From assembly GCA_964565775.1 (NCBI GenBank), contig CAZMGB010000006.1, positions 82,941 through 146,940 of the forward strand: a stretch of DNA of 64,000 nucleotides, in the 5' to 3' direction. The position numbers and the translations under genes were made by a program. How positions within the stretch are numbered: the first letter of the stretch is position 1; each line of letters opens with the position of its first letter. This DNA is from an uncultured Dehalococcoidia bacterium. GTDB taxonomy: Bacteria > Chloroflexota > Dehalococcoidia > DSTF01 > JALHUB01. Below are positions 50,773 to 60,165 of this stretch, in pieces. The notes beneath the pieces are model-generated. The model did no database searches. It was given only the letters and a program-made list of their open reading frames with translations, and was not told the origin of the DNA.

Positions 50773-51903
50773 ATGGCACCGAAGCAAGAGATGACCCCAC
50801 GGGAGCGGCTGCTGGCCGCCCTCCGTCGCCAGCCCTGCGACCGCGTCCCCTTCACGCCGCTGGTGGAGGGCTACTTCCAGCTATCACTGCCCGACGGGCG
50901 GACGCGACACATCGCCGACCTCCAGTACGAGATGTCGGGCCACATGCTCGTCCGGGCGGGGGTGCTGCGCATCAACACGCCCCTCTGGCTGGGCGCGACC
51001 GCCACGGACCTGGCGGCTGGCGTCGAGCAGCGGGCGTCGACCGTAGACGGCGACATCATCCACACCGTAGAGACCCCCGTCGGCAGCTTGACGTGGCGCC
51101 TCCGCTTCGCGCCCGAGAGTCCCTACATCCCCTGGGTCATCGAAAACCGCATCCGCACCGTCGAAGACATCAGGACGTTCCAGTACCTCATCGAGCGGAC
51201 GACGTTCGAGCTCGACACGCGCTACTTCGAGAGCCAGACGTCCTACGTCGGCGACCGAGGGATCGTGGCCATCCTGGGACCGACCTCCCCTCTCCAGCAG
51301 ATGATCAACTTCGAAATGGGGCTCGAGCGCGTGATCTACATGCTGGCCGACCACCCGGACGAGATGCACGAGATGCTGGACGCCTACCACGCCAAGCAGG
51401 CCGCAATGTGGCGTCTCATGGCCGAGGTGCCGGCCGAGGTCGCCTTCGTCCACGACAACCTGTCCAGCACCACAACCTCGCGCCCCATGTACCGCACCTA
51501 TGACCGGCGTTATGTCAATGAGTACGCGGACATATTGCACGCCAGCGGCAAGACCTTCCTCACCCACTGGTGCGGCAAGCTCACCGGCTTCGCGAAAGAC
51601 GTCGCCGAAGCGCGCCAGGACGGCATCTCAGACGTTACGCCGCCGCCAACGGGCGACCTCGACATCATCGAGGCGCGCCGCACCTGGGCCAAGCGGTTCG
51701 TCCTGCTCGGAGGGATCGACCCGACGCTCTTCGCCCTGGGCACGCCTCAGAAGATGGAGGCCTACGTAACCGACCTGCTGGAGCGGATGGGGCCGGACCG
51801 ACGCGGCTTCATACTCGGCAGCGGCGACGCCGTCCCCTACGGCACCCCGGCCGAGAATCTCCGCGCGGCCGCCGACACGGCCGCCCGCTTCCCCGTGGCG
51901 TGA
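50773..51903 (+). CDS. URO-D-family protein (corrinoid methyltransferase-like), paralogue 6
   Basis: 376 aa. N-terminus PRERLLAALRRQPCDRVPF is the family signature. The motif is THWCGK. Confidence 0.65.
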   Translation: MAPKQEMTPRERLLAALRRQPCDRVPFTPLVEGYFQLSLPDGRTRHIADLQYEMSGHMLVRAGVLRINTPLWLGATATDLAAGVEQRASTVDGDIIHTVETPVGSLTWRLRFAPESPYIPWVIENRIRTVEDIRTFQYLIERTTFELDTRYFESQTSYVGDRGIVAILGPTSPLQQMINFEMGLERVIYMLADHPDEMHEMLDAYHAKQAAMWRLMAEVPAEVAFVHDNLSSTTTSRPMYRTYDRRYVNEYADILHASGKTFLTHWCGKLTGFAKDVAEARQDGISDVTPPPTGDLDIIEARRTWAKRFVLLGGIDPTLFALGTPQKMEAYVTDLLERMGPDRRGFILGSGDAVPYGTPAENLRAAADTAARFPVA

Positions 51904-51994
51904 TCACTCTTCGGCCAGAAGGAAGCCGCCATCACGAGTAGGGGCGTCTGCCCTGCGGCGGACGCCCCTGCGGTACCCTCTGGCTCCACGTCCT

Positions 51995-54900
51995 CTACGG
52001 ACCGGGGTCGTTCAGGAGCAGATGGCGGATATGGAGCGGCGAGAACGTGATCTGAATGGCCTCGAACGTCCCGGGGCCAGCAGGACATTGGCCACTCCCG
52101 CCCACCATCAGCAGGCCTCCTTCGAACGCTATGCCGAGAAGTGCTACACGGCTGGAGAAGCGCCGCAGGACCCAGGCGTCACGCTCACCCGTGTCGAACC
52201 CTGAACCTGTGAATCGGTAGACGTGGTTATCGAGATCTATGGCAAGCTGCGTTCCCCTCGCAGGGTCCTGGAAGAGACAGACTCCTGGACTCGAGGGCGT
52301 GGCCGTCGCTGTCGGCGTCGCTGTGGCCGTAGATGTGCGTGCTGGCGTCGCGGTTTGCGTCGCGGTCTGCGTCGCGGTTGCCGTGCCGGTGGCGGTCGGC
52401 GTGCGCGTGGGCGTCGCGGTTCGCGTGGATGTGGGCGTGGTCGTAGGCGTAGGAGTGGACGTCGGAGTCGGCGTTGGCGTGGCCTCAAGCTCGACCAAGA
52501 CCTTGACCACCGGCTCCCCGATCTCGTGGTCGAACTGGAGGGGCGTGGTCAGGAGAAGGGAGCCGATGCCCGACAACTGGTTGCTTTCCTCGTTGGGGCA
52601 GCCAGGACAGACAGTAATGTCATCGCCCGTCGAGAAGCCGTCCGTGCTGGCCACCTCAAGCTCCGTCCCGCCGGCGCCGACGTGCGCGGTGAGGCCGGTG
52701 CCGACCTGGGCCATGACGCACTGAGAGAACTCCGAGGTGTTGCCGTCTTGGTCGGTTGCGGTAGACGTGATGAAGTTGCCCGGCACCGCTCCCGCCCCCG
52801 GGAACGTCGTGTCGATAACGGCGTGGCCCGCCAAGTCGGCAGTGACGTCGGCGAAGCCGAGGAAGCGATCGCCCTCGCCATAGCCGGACTCGTCGCAGGC
52901 GTCGTTGGCGAAGAACTCTATGCGGTAGGAGTGAACCCCCAGGACCGTGTCCAGTGACCCGCCGATGCGCAGGTCTCCCCCGGCCTGCACCGCGGCGAAG
53001 CCGAGGACGGGGAAGTTCAGGAGGTCGTTGGGCCCCGAGTCGGCGTCGTCCAGGTCATTGGGGTTGGGGCCGGCCGGATCCAGGTCGATCCCCAGGCCGG
53101 AACGGAACCCGGAGGCCTGGTTGTCAGTGATGGCGTTCTCGGAAAGGCGAGCGCTGCTCTGCCCCTCGACCCATACTCCCACGTGGTTGTCATGGATGGA
53201 GTTGTGCTCGACGACGTTCCCGGTCGAGTCCACCACCTGCACTGCGATGTCGTTGTCATGGATAGCGTTGTCGTCGATGGCGTTTCCGCTCGAACCCTCT
53301 ACTGCCTGCACCCCCACCTGGTTGAAGGCGATGGTATTGCCCTCGACAGTGTTGTCGAATGCTTCCTGCTGGATGCTGACGCCCTGGTCGTTGCTCAGGG
53401 CTGTCTGGGCGTCTGCCAGCGTCCCGATGAGGTTGTCGCGGATGTCGTTCTCCGATGAGCCCGCGCCCGATACGGCGACGGCCTCAAAGAAGCCAGAGAT
53501 GACGTTATCCCTCACCTGATTCTGGTACGAGTCGCCGATGCTCACACCTACTTCTTGCTGGCCGATGACGGGGCCATCGCCCTGGGCATTGGTGCCGATG
53601 AAGTTGCCGCGCACCGTGTTCTGCCCGTTCGTGGACTCAAGGCTGATCGCGTTCGCGACGGCGGAGATGACGTTTCGCTCCGCAGCGGTTCCCCCGCCGA
53701 TCACGTTCTGGGATGCGTTCCCATCGATGGCGATCCCCAGCGGCTGAGGGAGGAGGCTTTCGTCGAGATCGGGGTGGCTGGGCGGATACCGCTGGCCGGT
53801 GATGTCGACGCCGATGAAGTTGCCGATGACCCTGTTCCCCGTGGCCCCGGGACCGGAGATCAGGATGCCCTGCGGCCGCTGTTCGGAGTAGATATAAGTG
53901 ATCATGTTATTGCCGGAAATGAGGTTACAGGCCCCGTCGCATACGCCGGCGCCGTGGTTCGTGCCCCCAATTGTATTGTTGGCGGACTCGACCAGGATGC
54001 CGCCGCCGTCGTCGCTGGCGCCGTTGCCCAGCGCCCAGGTGCCCGTGGGGTCGGTGCCGATGACGTTGCTCTCCAGGACGTTGCCGCCGCCGCCCCTCAA
54101 GACAATGCCCCACTGGCAGTACCCGTGGATCACCAGGCCCCGCACCGTCGAGTTCCCCCCACTTATCACGAGGCCGGTCGCCGGCGGGATGACAGATGAG
54201 CCGCAACCAAGTATGTCGGGGCTCCAGAGCTCCACCTGGCCGCCGCCGGGCTGGGTGGTGCCGTCGATCACGACCGGCTCCGTGGCCTCGAAGCAAGTGT
54301 CCTCGCCAAAGACGCCCAACTGGCAATAGACACCCCCGGCTTGAGGGATGTCGAAGTTGATGGTGTCCTTGCCGGGGTTGGCGTTCGCCTCCTGGATGGC
54401 GGCGGTCAGCGTGCACTCATCGTCACCGCTGTCTGTCTGGTGTCCCGTGTCGCACAGCCCGTCGCCGACGAACTGGTCAGTGCTGGCCTGGGTCGAGTTA
54501 ACGGTGAACACGTGCTGCTCCTCCGGCACGCGCTGCCAGTCAAGACCGCAGATCGTATTCGATGTGGACAGGATCGTGCCGCCGTCGACGGTGCGCACCT
54601 GATAGGGTGACCCAGAGCTGGTAACATAGGCGATCTTCTGCCCATCCGGCGACCACGCCGGGTGGAGGCCCCCGCCCCCCCACAGGTGTAAGGCGCGTGG
54701 GGTCCCCACCCTCGGCGCCGATGGTGTATACCTGGTTGCCGTCCGCGGTCGTGGCGCGGCGGAACGCGATCTGCCCGCCGTCGGGGGACCAGTCCGGCTC
54801 GTCGTCTATGGCCGGATCGGGCGAGTTCTCCTGTATGGTATCGCCGACGTCCGTTAGCTGGTGGAGCCCCGTGCCATCGGAGTTGACGGCCCAGAGGTCG

Positions 54901-55511
54901 TTGAACTGGCGGTAATTGACGCTGTCGTAGTCGACGTCCCAGCTCCTGGTGAAGACGATCTCGTTACCGTCCGGGCCCGGCTGCCAGGAGGGCTGGCGGT
55001 GGTAGTCATAGCTTGTGTGGGGAAAGTACTCGGGCGGGTACCATGACCCGACCTGCTTGTGCGTGAGCTGGGTCTTCTGAAGCGTGTCCAGGTCATATAT
55101 CCACAGCTCGCCGCTGAGGACGTACACCAGCTTCTTGCCGTCGGGCGACCAGTCGGGCTGGTCTCCCCAGTCGATGGTCTGTCGGCCGCTTCCGTCGGCA
55201 TTGGCGATGTAGAGCCCGCCTCCGGTGCTATAGGCGATGTGCTTCCCGTCCGGCGACCAGGACACCCGCGAGGGGTGGTCCAAACCGCTATTCAGGGGCA
55301 GGTACTGGTAGCCGCTTCCGTCCGGGTTCACGGTATGGACGGTCCCTTGCCCACTCCCGTCGCAGCTTTCGAGAACGGCGATCTTGCCGTCCTCCCCAGG
55401 GAACGCGGCCTGCGAAGGCTTGACGACAACACTAACAAACCGCGTCAACAGCAGCAGGCCCACGACCAGCAGCGCAAGGCCGCAGACGAGAAGAATGTGA
55501 AGCAGCTTCAT
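51995..55511 (-). pseudogene. Frameshifted gene for a large secreted/anchored protein: signal-anchor + TolB-like PD40 beta-propeller + right-handed parallel beta-helix repeats + Thr/Pro linker + C-terminal domain
   Basis: Two overlapping ORFs (55511..54540 and 54709..51995, minus strand) are in different frames. PD40 repeats (WSPDGK.IAY) run across the junction. Deleting one G from the G7 tract at 54675..54681 (minus strand) gives the continuous read ...DPTRLTPVGGGGLHPAWSPDGQKIAYV... This is either an authentic frameshift, a phase-variable tract, or a sequencing error. Confidence 0.6.
52290..52490 (-). repeat. Low-complexity Thr/Pro/Ala-rich linker-coding repeat ([46 protein letters not shown]...)
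   Basis: About 200 nt of imperfect ACNCCN / ACNGCN tandem codon repeats inside the beta-helix protein gene. Confidence 0.7.
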
Positions 55512-55798
55512 GGTACGGCACCCCCGGTTATCGCCAGCGAAACCACTGCGTCACGCCGAAGGGAGGCGTCCTTCGGCGGCGCTACGTGTTTGACTTCTTG
55601 TAGTTCTAAGCGGGGCCTAAGGACGATGGCTATCTCCGTGACAGATAGCACCGACACGGTGCTCTGTCAAGCACCACGCGGGCCGATGGATCAGTCAACG
55701 GATATCGAACGGATTATCGGATACCTTCCGGTACGTATCCGCTAATCCGTTTCAGCATTCGTCGACAGACCGCCGCAGAGCCCGCAGCGCGCCGGGTC

Positions 55799-55975
55799 CT
55801 AGAGGTAGCCGTAGGTGGGATCTAGCCGTCGACGCAGCTCGTTCTCGTCTTCGGGACGCCCCGCCAGCGCCGACTGCATCCTCTCCAGCTACCGGCGCTC
55901 GATCCTGGACAGGGTGAGAAGAGAGGCGTCCGGAACCTCGCGGATCAAGTGGGTCGCCGCCCGCTTCCCGGTGAG
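55799..55975 (-). pseudogene. C-terminal remnant of an MtaB paralogue (59 codons, internal stop)
   Basis: It reads LTGKRAATHLIREVPDASLLTLSRIERR*LERMQSALAGRPEDENELRRRLDPTYGYL*, against the 58756..60165 C-terminus AATLIREAVDASLLSLSKAECRWLDRIQSSLASLPEDEEELRERVAPTCGHLYDPASYAL. DNA similarity is about 75%. It lies in frame immediately 3' of the PLP-enzyme gene stop. Confidence 0.55.
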
Positions 55976-57169
55976 CTAGCCAAGCGCCTGATCCAGGTCG
56001 GCGATGAGGTCCTCAGCGTCTTCCAGCCCGATGCTGATGCGCATGATCCCCTCGCCCACCCACTCGCGTATCGCCTTCTTCTGCTCGGCGCTCAGATACG
56101 CAGCGCTGTCCACGTAGAGGTCAGTGGGGTAGTAGAACATCAGGCTCTGGTAGTCGCCCAGCGACGTGGCATAGGTGAAGACGCGCACCTGCTGGACAAG
56201 ACCCATCGCCGTCTCCATGTCCGTCTGCGCGACGACCATGCCGCCGAAGCCCGACATCTGGCGCCGCACCAGGTCGGGCTGGGGGTGGCTCTCCAGGCCG
56301 GGGTAGAGGACGCGCCCGATCTTCGGATGCTGTTCGAGGAAGCGAGCCACCGCCAGCGCGCTCTCCTCATGCTTCTGCATCCGCAGCGATAGGGTGGCGA
56401 TGCCGCGATTGATGAGCCAGGCGTTGAACGGGCTCATGGCGCCGCCGAGATGGATCAGCATGCCCTCGCGGATTCGCTGGATGCCTTCTCGGGCTCCCAG
56501 CACGATCCCGCCCAGAGCGTCGCCGTGCCCGCCGAGGTACTTCGTCATGCTGTGGAGGACGAAGTCCGCCCCGAGGGCCAGCGGCTTCTGCAAGACCGGG
56601 GTGGCGAACGTGCTGTCGACTACGAGCGGCGCGCCTGCCTGGTGAGCGATGTCGGCGACGGCGGCGATGTCGGTCAGGCGAAGGATGGGGTTGGCAGGGG
56701 TCTCGATGTACACAAGCTTGGTGTCAGGACGAACGGCATCGCGCACAGCCTTCACGTCGCTCGTGTCCACCAGGCTCACGTCGATGCCGTAGCGGCCGGC
56801 GTGCAGCCCGAACAGCTCCGAGCTGCCCGCGTAGCATACGTCGCTCGCCACCAGGTGCTCGCCGGCGCCGACGAAGGTGAGCAGCAGGGCGGAGACGGCC
56901 GCCATGCCCGAGGCGAACGCGACGCCCGCGTCGGCGCCCTCAAGCGCAGCCATCTTCTCCTCGAGCGTGCGCAGCGAGGGGTTGCTCCAGCGGGTGTAGA
57001 CGTGCGGCGGCCGCTCTCCCCTGAGGAAGAGCGCGTCCATCAGGAGCGGGCCCGGCTCGGGCAGCTTGAAGGTGGTCGTCATGTGGATCGGCGGCGTTAC
57101 GGAGCCCGTAGTGGGGTCCGGCTCCTGACCGGCGTGGACGGCCTGCGTATCGAATCGGTACTCGCTCAT
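55976..57169 (-). CDS. Cys/Met-metabolism PLP-dependent enzyme (methionine gamma-lyase / cystathionine gamma-synthase / O-acetylhomoserine sulfhydrylase family)
   Basis: 397 aa. The PLP-lysine region HSMTKYLGGHGD is present, and the family-typical N-terminus FDTQAVHAGQ. Confidence 0.85.
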   Translation of the reverse strand: MSEYRFDTQAVHAGQEPDPTTGSVTPPIHMTTTFKLPEPGPLLMDALFLRGERPPHVYTRWSNPSLRTLEEKMAALEGADAGVAFASGMAAVSALLLTFVGAGEHLVASDVCYAGSSELFGLHAGRYGIDVSLVDTSDVKAVRDAVRPDTKLVYIETPANPILRLTDIAAVADIAHQAGAPLVVDSTFATPVLQKPLALGADFVLHSMTKYLGGHGDALGGIVLGAREGIQRIREGMLIHLGGAMSPFNAWLINRGIATLSLRMQKHEESALAVARFLEQHPKIGRVLYPGLESHPQPDLVRRQMSGFGGMVVAQTDMETAMGLVQQVRVFTYATSLGDYQSLMFYYPTDLYVDSAAYLSAEQKKAIREWVGEGIMRISIGLEDAEDLIADLDQALG

Positions 57170-57224
57170 ACCGCTTTCCCCCTTTTCGCCGAAGTGTCGG
57201 CGCGACGGATGTCGCTCCGCTTCT

Positions 57225-58688
57225 CTACTCCTCCCACTCGGCGGCCTCGAAGTCGGCCACGGTGCGCTTCCTGACCATGCTTACGTAGTCCAGGAGCTCC
57301 CTCTCCACAGACGGGTCCAGCTCGCGCCGCTGGTGACGCGCCAGGAGCTCTCGCACCCGCTCCCGCGCCAGGTCCAGCGCCGTCTTCGACCCCTTGCTCT
57401 CCCATACCTCCCGGCTGTCCCTCCGCAGCAACTTCGGAAGGAAATGCTCGCGCCGGAAGTGCTCGGCGGTGTGCGGCTCGGCCAGATAGTGGCCCTGCCA
57501 GCCCACCTGCTTGATCAGGTCGAGAGCGATGGTGTCTTCGCTCACGTCGACGCCACGCGCCAGTCGGAGCATGAGCCCGCACAGCTCATCGTCCAGCACG
57601 AGCAGGGGATGGCTCTCGGTAGTCGTGGATTCGAGCGCCCCACCGCAGGTGATGAAGTGCACCCCTGCCAGGACCGCCGGCATCAGCGTGCTGGCCCGCT
57701 CCAGCATGCACTGGAGGTCCAGCGTCTTGGCGTCAGTGGTGCCACCCACGCCTCGACAGGGCAGGCCATAGTGACGGGCCAGTTGGGCCGCGCCGGCGGT
57801 GATGAGGCCCGTCTCCACCGCGCCGAGCGCCACGTTGCCGGTCGCCATGTCGGCGAGCGTCGACACGGTGCCGTAGAGCACCGGCGTGCCCGGGGCGATG
57901 ATCTGGGCCAGGGTGATGTGGGCCAGGATCTCGGCGTTCTGCTGGGCGAGCAGTCCGGCCAGAGTGGCGGGAGCGGTGGTGCCGGCCATTGCCTCCGGTG
58001 ACATCGCCATCGGCTGGCCGTACTCGGCGAAGAGGAACATGCCCTCGAGCTGGAGGTTGATCATCTGGAGGGGGCTCATGACCGAGCAGATGCCGAAGAA
58101 GCGGGGTCGCTTCTTCAGCTCCTCCTTCCCGCCCACGGCGATCGCCATCATCCGCATCATGTCCTCGCTGGCCATCACCCCGTAGCACCCCATGCCGAAC
58201 GACTTGCGACAGTTCTGGGCCCAGGCAAGTATCGCTTCGACGTGGATGGTGGTCATTGGTATGTCGGTCGGCCAGATGTCCATCTGGCTGTTGTTGATAT
58301 GATCGAGGCCGTCGATCAGGCGGAGGTGGTTACGCACGTCCTCGAGGGTGGTGGGCCGGAGCTCACCCGTCTCCGTATCGAAGATCCTCGTCGGGGTGCC
58401 GAGCGCCGCGAAGTTCACCCGGTCGCTGCCGATCTCCAGACGCACGTCCGGGTCGGACCCGTAAAGCGTGAACTGCTTCGGCGCCTGCTCGACGGCCCGA
58501 CGCACCAGCTCCTCCGGTATGCGCACCGAGCGGGCCGCCTCATCCACATCCGCCCCCGCCTCCCGGAAGGCGTCCCTCGCCCTCTTGAGGTTCACGCGAA
58601 GGCCCACGCTCTCCAGGATGCTCATCGAAGCAGCGTCGATCTGCTCGACTTCCGCGGGACTAAGGACTTCGAAGTACGCTGGTTTCAT
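57225..58688 (-). CDS. MttB-superfamily (trimethylamine/quaternary-amine:corrinoid) methyltransferase, non-pyrrolysine type
   Basis: 487 aa. N-terminus FEVLSPAEVEQIDAASMSILESVGLRV is typical of MttB/MtgB-family proteins. The continuous ORF has no in-frame amber, so it is the non-Pyl clade. Confidence 0.75.
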   Translation of the reverse strand: MKPAYFEVLSPAEVEQIDAASMSILESVGLRVNLKRARDAFREAGADVDEAARSVRIPEELVRRAVEQAPKQFTLYGSDPDVRLEIGSDRVNFAALGTPTRIFDTETGELRPTTLEDVRNHLRLIDGLDHINNSQMDIWPTDIPMTTIHVEAILAWAQNCRKSFGMGCYGVMASEDMMRMMAIAVGGKEELKKRPRFFGICSVMSPLQMINLQLEGMFLFAEYGQPMAMSPEAMAGTTAPATLAGLLAQQNAEILAHITLAQIIAPGTPVLYGTVSTLADMATGNVALGAVETGLITAGAAQLARHYGLPCRGVGGTTDAKTLDLQCMLERASTLMPAVLAGVHFITCGGALESTTTESHPLLVLDDELCGLMLRLARGVDVSEDTIALDLIKQVGWQGHYLAEPHTAEHFRREHFLPKLLRRDSREVWESKGSKTALDLARERVRELLARHQRRELDPSVERELLDYVSMVRKRTVADFEAAEWEE

Positions 58689-58755
58689 GTCGCCACCTCA
58701 TGGGTATTAGAGACGCCTGGCGCCTTCCGACAGGGTGAAGCGGGCCTGGCCGACG

Positions 58756-60165
58756 TCAGAGCGCGTAGCTCGCCGGGTCGTACAGGTGACCGCAGGTAGG
58801 GGCGACCCGTTCGCGCAGCTCCTCTTCGTCCTCCGGGAGGCTCGCAAGGCTCGACTGAATTCTGTCCAGCCACCGGCACTCGGCCTTGGACAGAGACAGG
58901 AGAGAGGCATCGACAGCCTCGCGGATCAAGGTGGCCGCGGCGATGCCGGCCGTGACCGTACGGTGATAGTCGTCCTGCTCCCTCACGATGGCGGAGCCGA
59001 TGGCGACGGCCGCTTCCGGCGAGAGCACCAACGCCTGGGGGCTCCCGTACGCGTCAGAGGAAACGAACAGGTCGCGCAACATCTTCTCCTGCCCCCGCTG
59101 GAGCGCCGCGTTCATGAGCCGGCAGTCGTAGACCAGCAGCTCGGCGAAGACCTCGGGCGCAGAGCCCGACAGCAGAGGCACGTGCTGGACCGACTCGTTG
59201 CTCCAGAGGTCGCACATGCTGGCGGCGATGTTGCCCACGGGGCTGAAGTGGGCGCAGGCGGCCGATTTGCCCTCCATTGAGATCGGGCAGCCGGTGATCG
59301 CCTTCAGGACTGGGCCCTCATACGCGCAGTCCTTCGAAGGGCCGACCGCCCCATGCTCGAATGCGATGAGGGAGCGGGCGGCGCCCATCGCGCGAACGAC
59401 CGCCGCCAGCGTCTCCGGCAGCAACCTCTGGTGCGCGAGCTGCATGGCGGTGTTGGCGAAGCCGCAGGCGCTGTCACCGCCGGGCAGGACTGAGCGGGGC
59501 TCGGCGATCGACGCGATCTCGTCCCAGAGCCAGGCCATGTCTCGCGCGGCCAGAACGCCAAGCGCAAAGACGATCCCCTCGATGTCGCCGCTCAGCAGCG
59601 CCTCGTCAGATACCTCCTTGCCGCCGATCGACTCGATAGAGAGGACGTGTGCGCCGGCCTCGGCGCAGAGCACGAGCGACTCACGAACGGCATCCCAACC
59701 AGCGCCGGCTCTCAACTGGGGCGGCCGGCAGTCGGTCCGCACGTCCACCGGCGTGACGCGCAGGGCGCAAGGCAGCCCCGTCGCGGCGTGAGCGTCGCCG
59801 AGCACTCGGACGAGCCGCTGCGTTATCTCCGCGCCCCAGTCGGGGCTTTCGGTCATCGGCGGCAGATGCTCGAACTCGATGACGAGGCCGGGGGCGTGCA
59901 AGGCCGTGGCGCGAGCGACCACCGCCCGCGCCGTCTCCTCGTAGATGCGCAGCGTCTCGGCCCGCGTCGACGCGTCCAGCGTCATCACCGGAAGGGTGAA
60001 GTTGACCTCGGGGTAGACGGCGCCAGCACCGATGCGAAGCCCAAGTCCGCAGTCCACCGGCTTCGGCGCCCGGCCAAACACGAGCTCTTCCGGGTCATCG
60101 ACAGAGAGGGAGGTATAGCGCAAAGTCCGATTCAGCCCATCCAGCGTTCCGTCAGCGCATGCCAT
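58756..60165 (-). CDS. mtaB: Methanol:corrinoid methyltransferase MtaB homologue
   Basis: 469 aa. It is collinear with archaeal MtaB and matches across the sequence: YTSLSVDDPEELVFG, LRIGAGAVYPE, SIESIGGKEV, FEHGAVGPSKDCAYE, ITGCPISMEGKSAACAH, DLWSNESV, LVYDCRLMNAAL. Its start overlaps the upstream permease by 14 nt. Confidence 0.85.
   Translation of the reverse strand: MACADGTLDGLNRTLRYTSLSVDDPEELVFGRAPKPVDCGLGLRIGAGAVYPEVNFTLPVMTLDASTRAETLRIYEETARAVVARATALHAPGLVIEFEHLPPMTESPDWGAEITQRLVRVLGDAHAATGLPCALRVTPVDVRTDCRPPQLRAGAGWDAVRESLVLCAEAGAHVLSIESIGGKEVSDEALLSGDIEGIVFALGVLAARDMAWLWDEIASIAEPRSVLPGGDSACGFANTAMQLAHQRLLPETLAAVVRAMGAARSLIAFEHGAVGPSKDCAYEGPVLKAITGCPISMEGKSAACAHFSPVGNIAASMCDLWSNESVQHVPLLSGSAPEVFAELLVYDCRLMNAALQRGQEKMLRDLFVSSDAYGSPQALVLSPEAAVAIGSAIVREQDDYHRTVTAGIAAATLIREAVDASLLSLSKAECRWLDRIQSSLASLPEDEEELRERVAPTCGHLYDPASYAL

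Noticed and set aside
57225-58688. Checked for an in-frame amber (pyrrolysine) codon in the MttB-family gene
   Set aside because: The ORF is continuous over 487 codons with no internal TAG, so it is a non-Pyl MttB-superfamily member. No pyl genes were seen.
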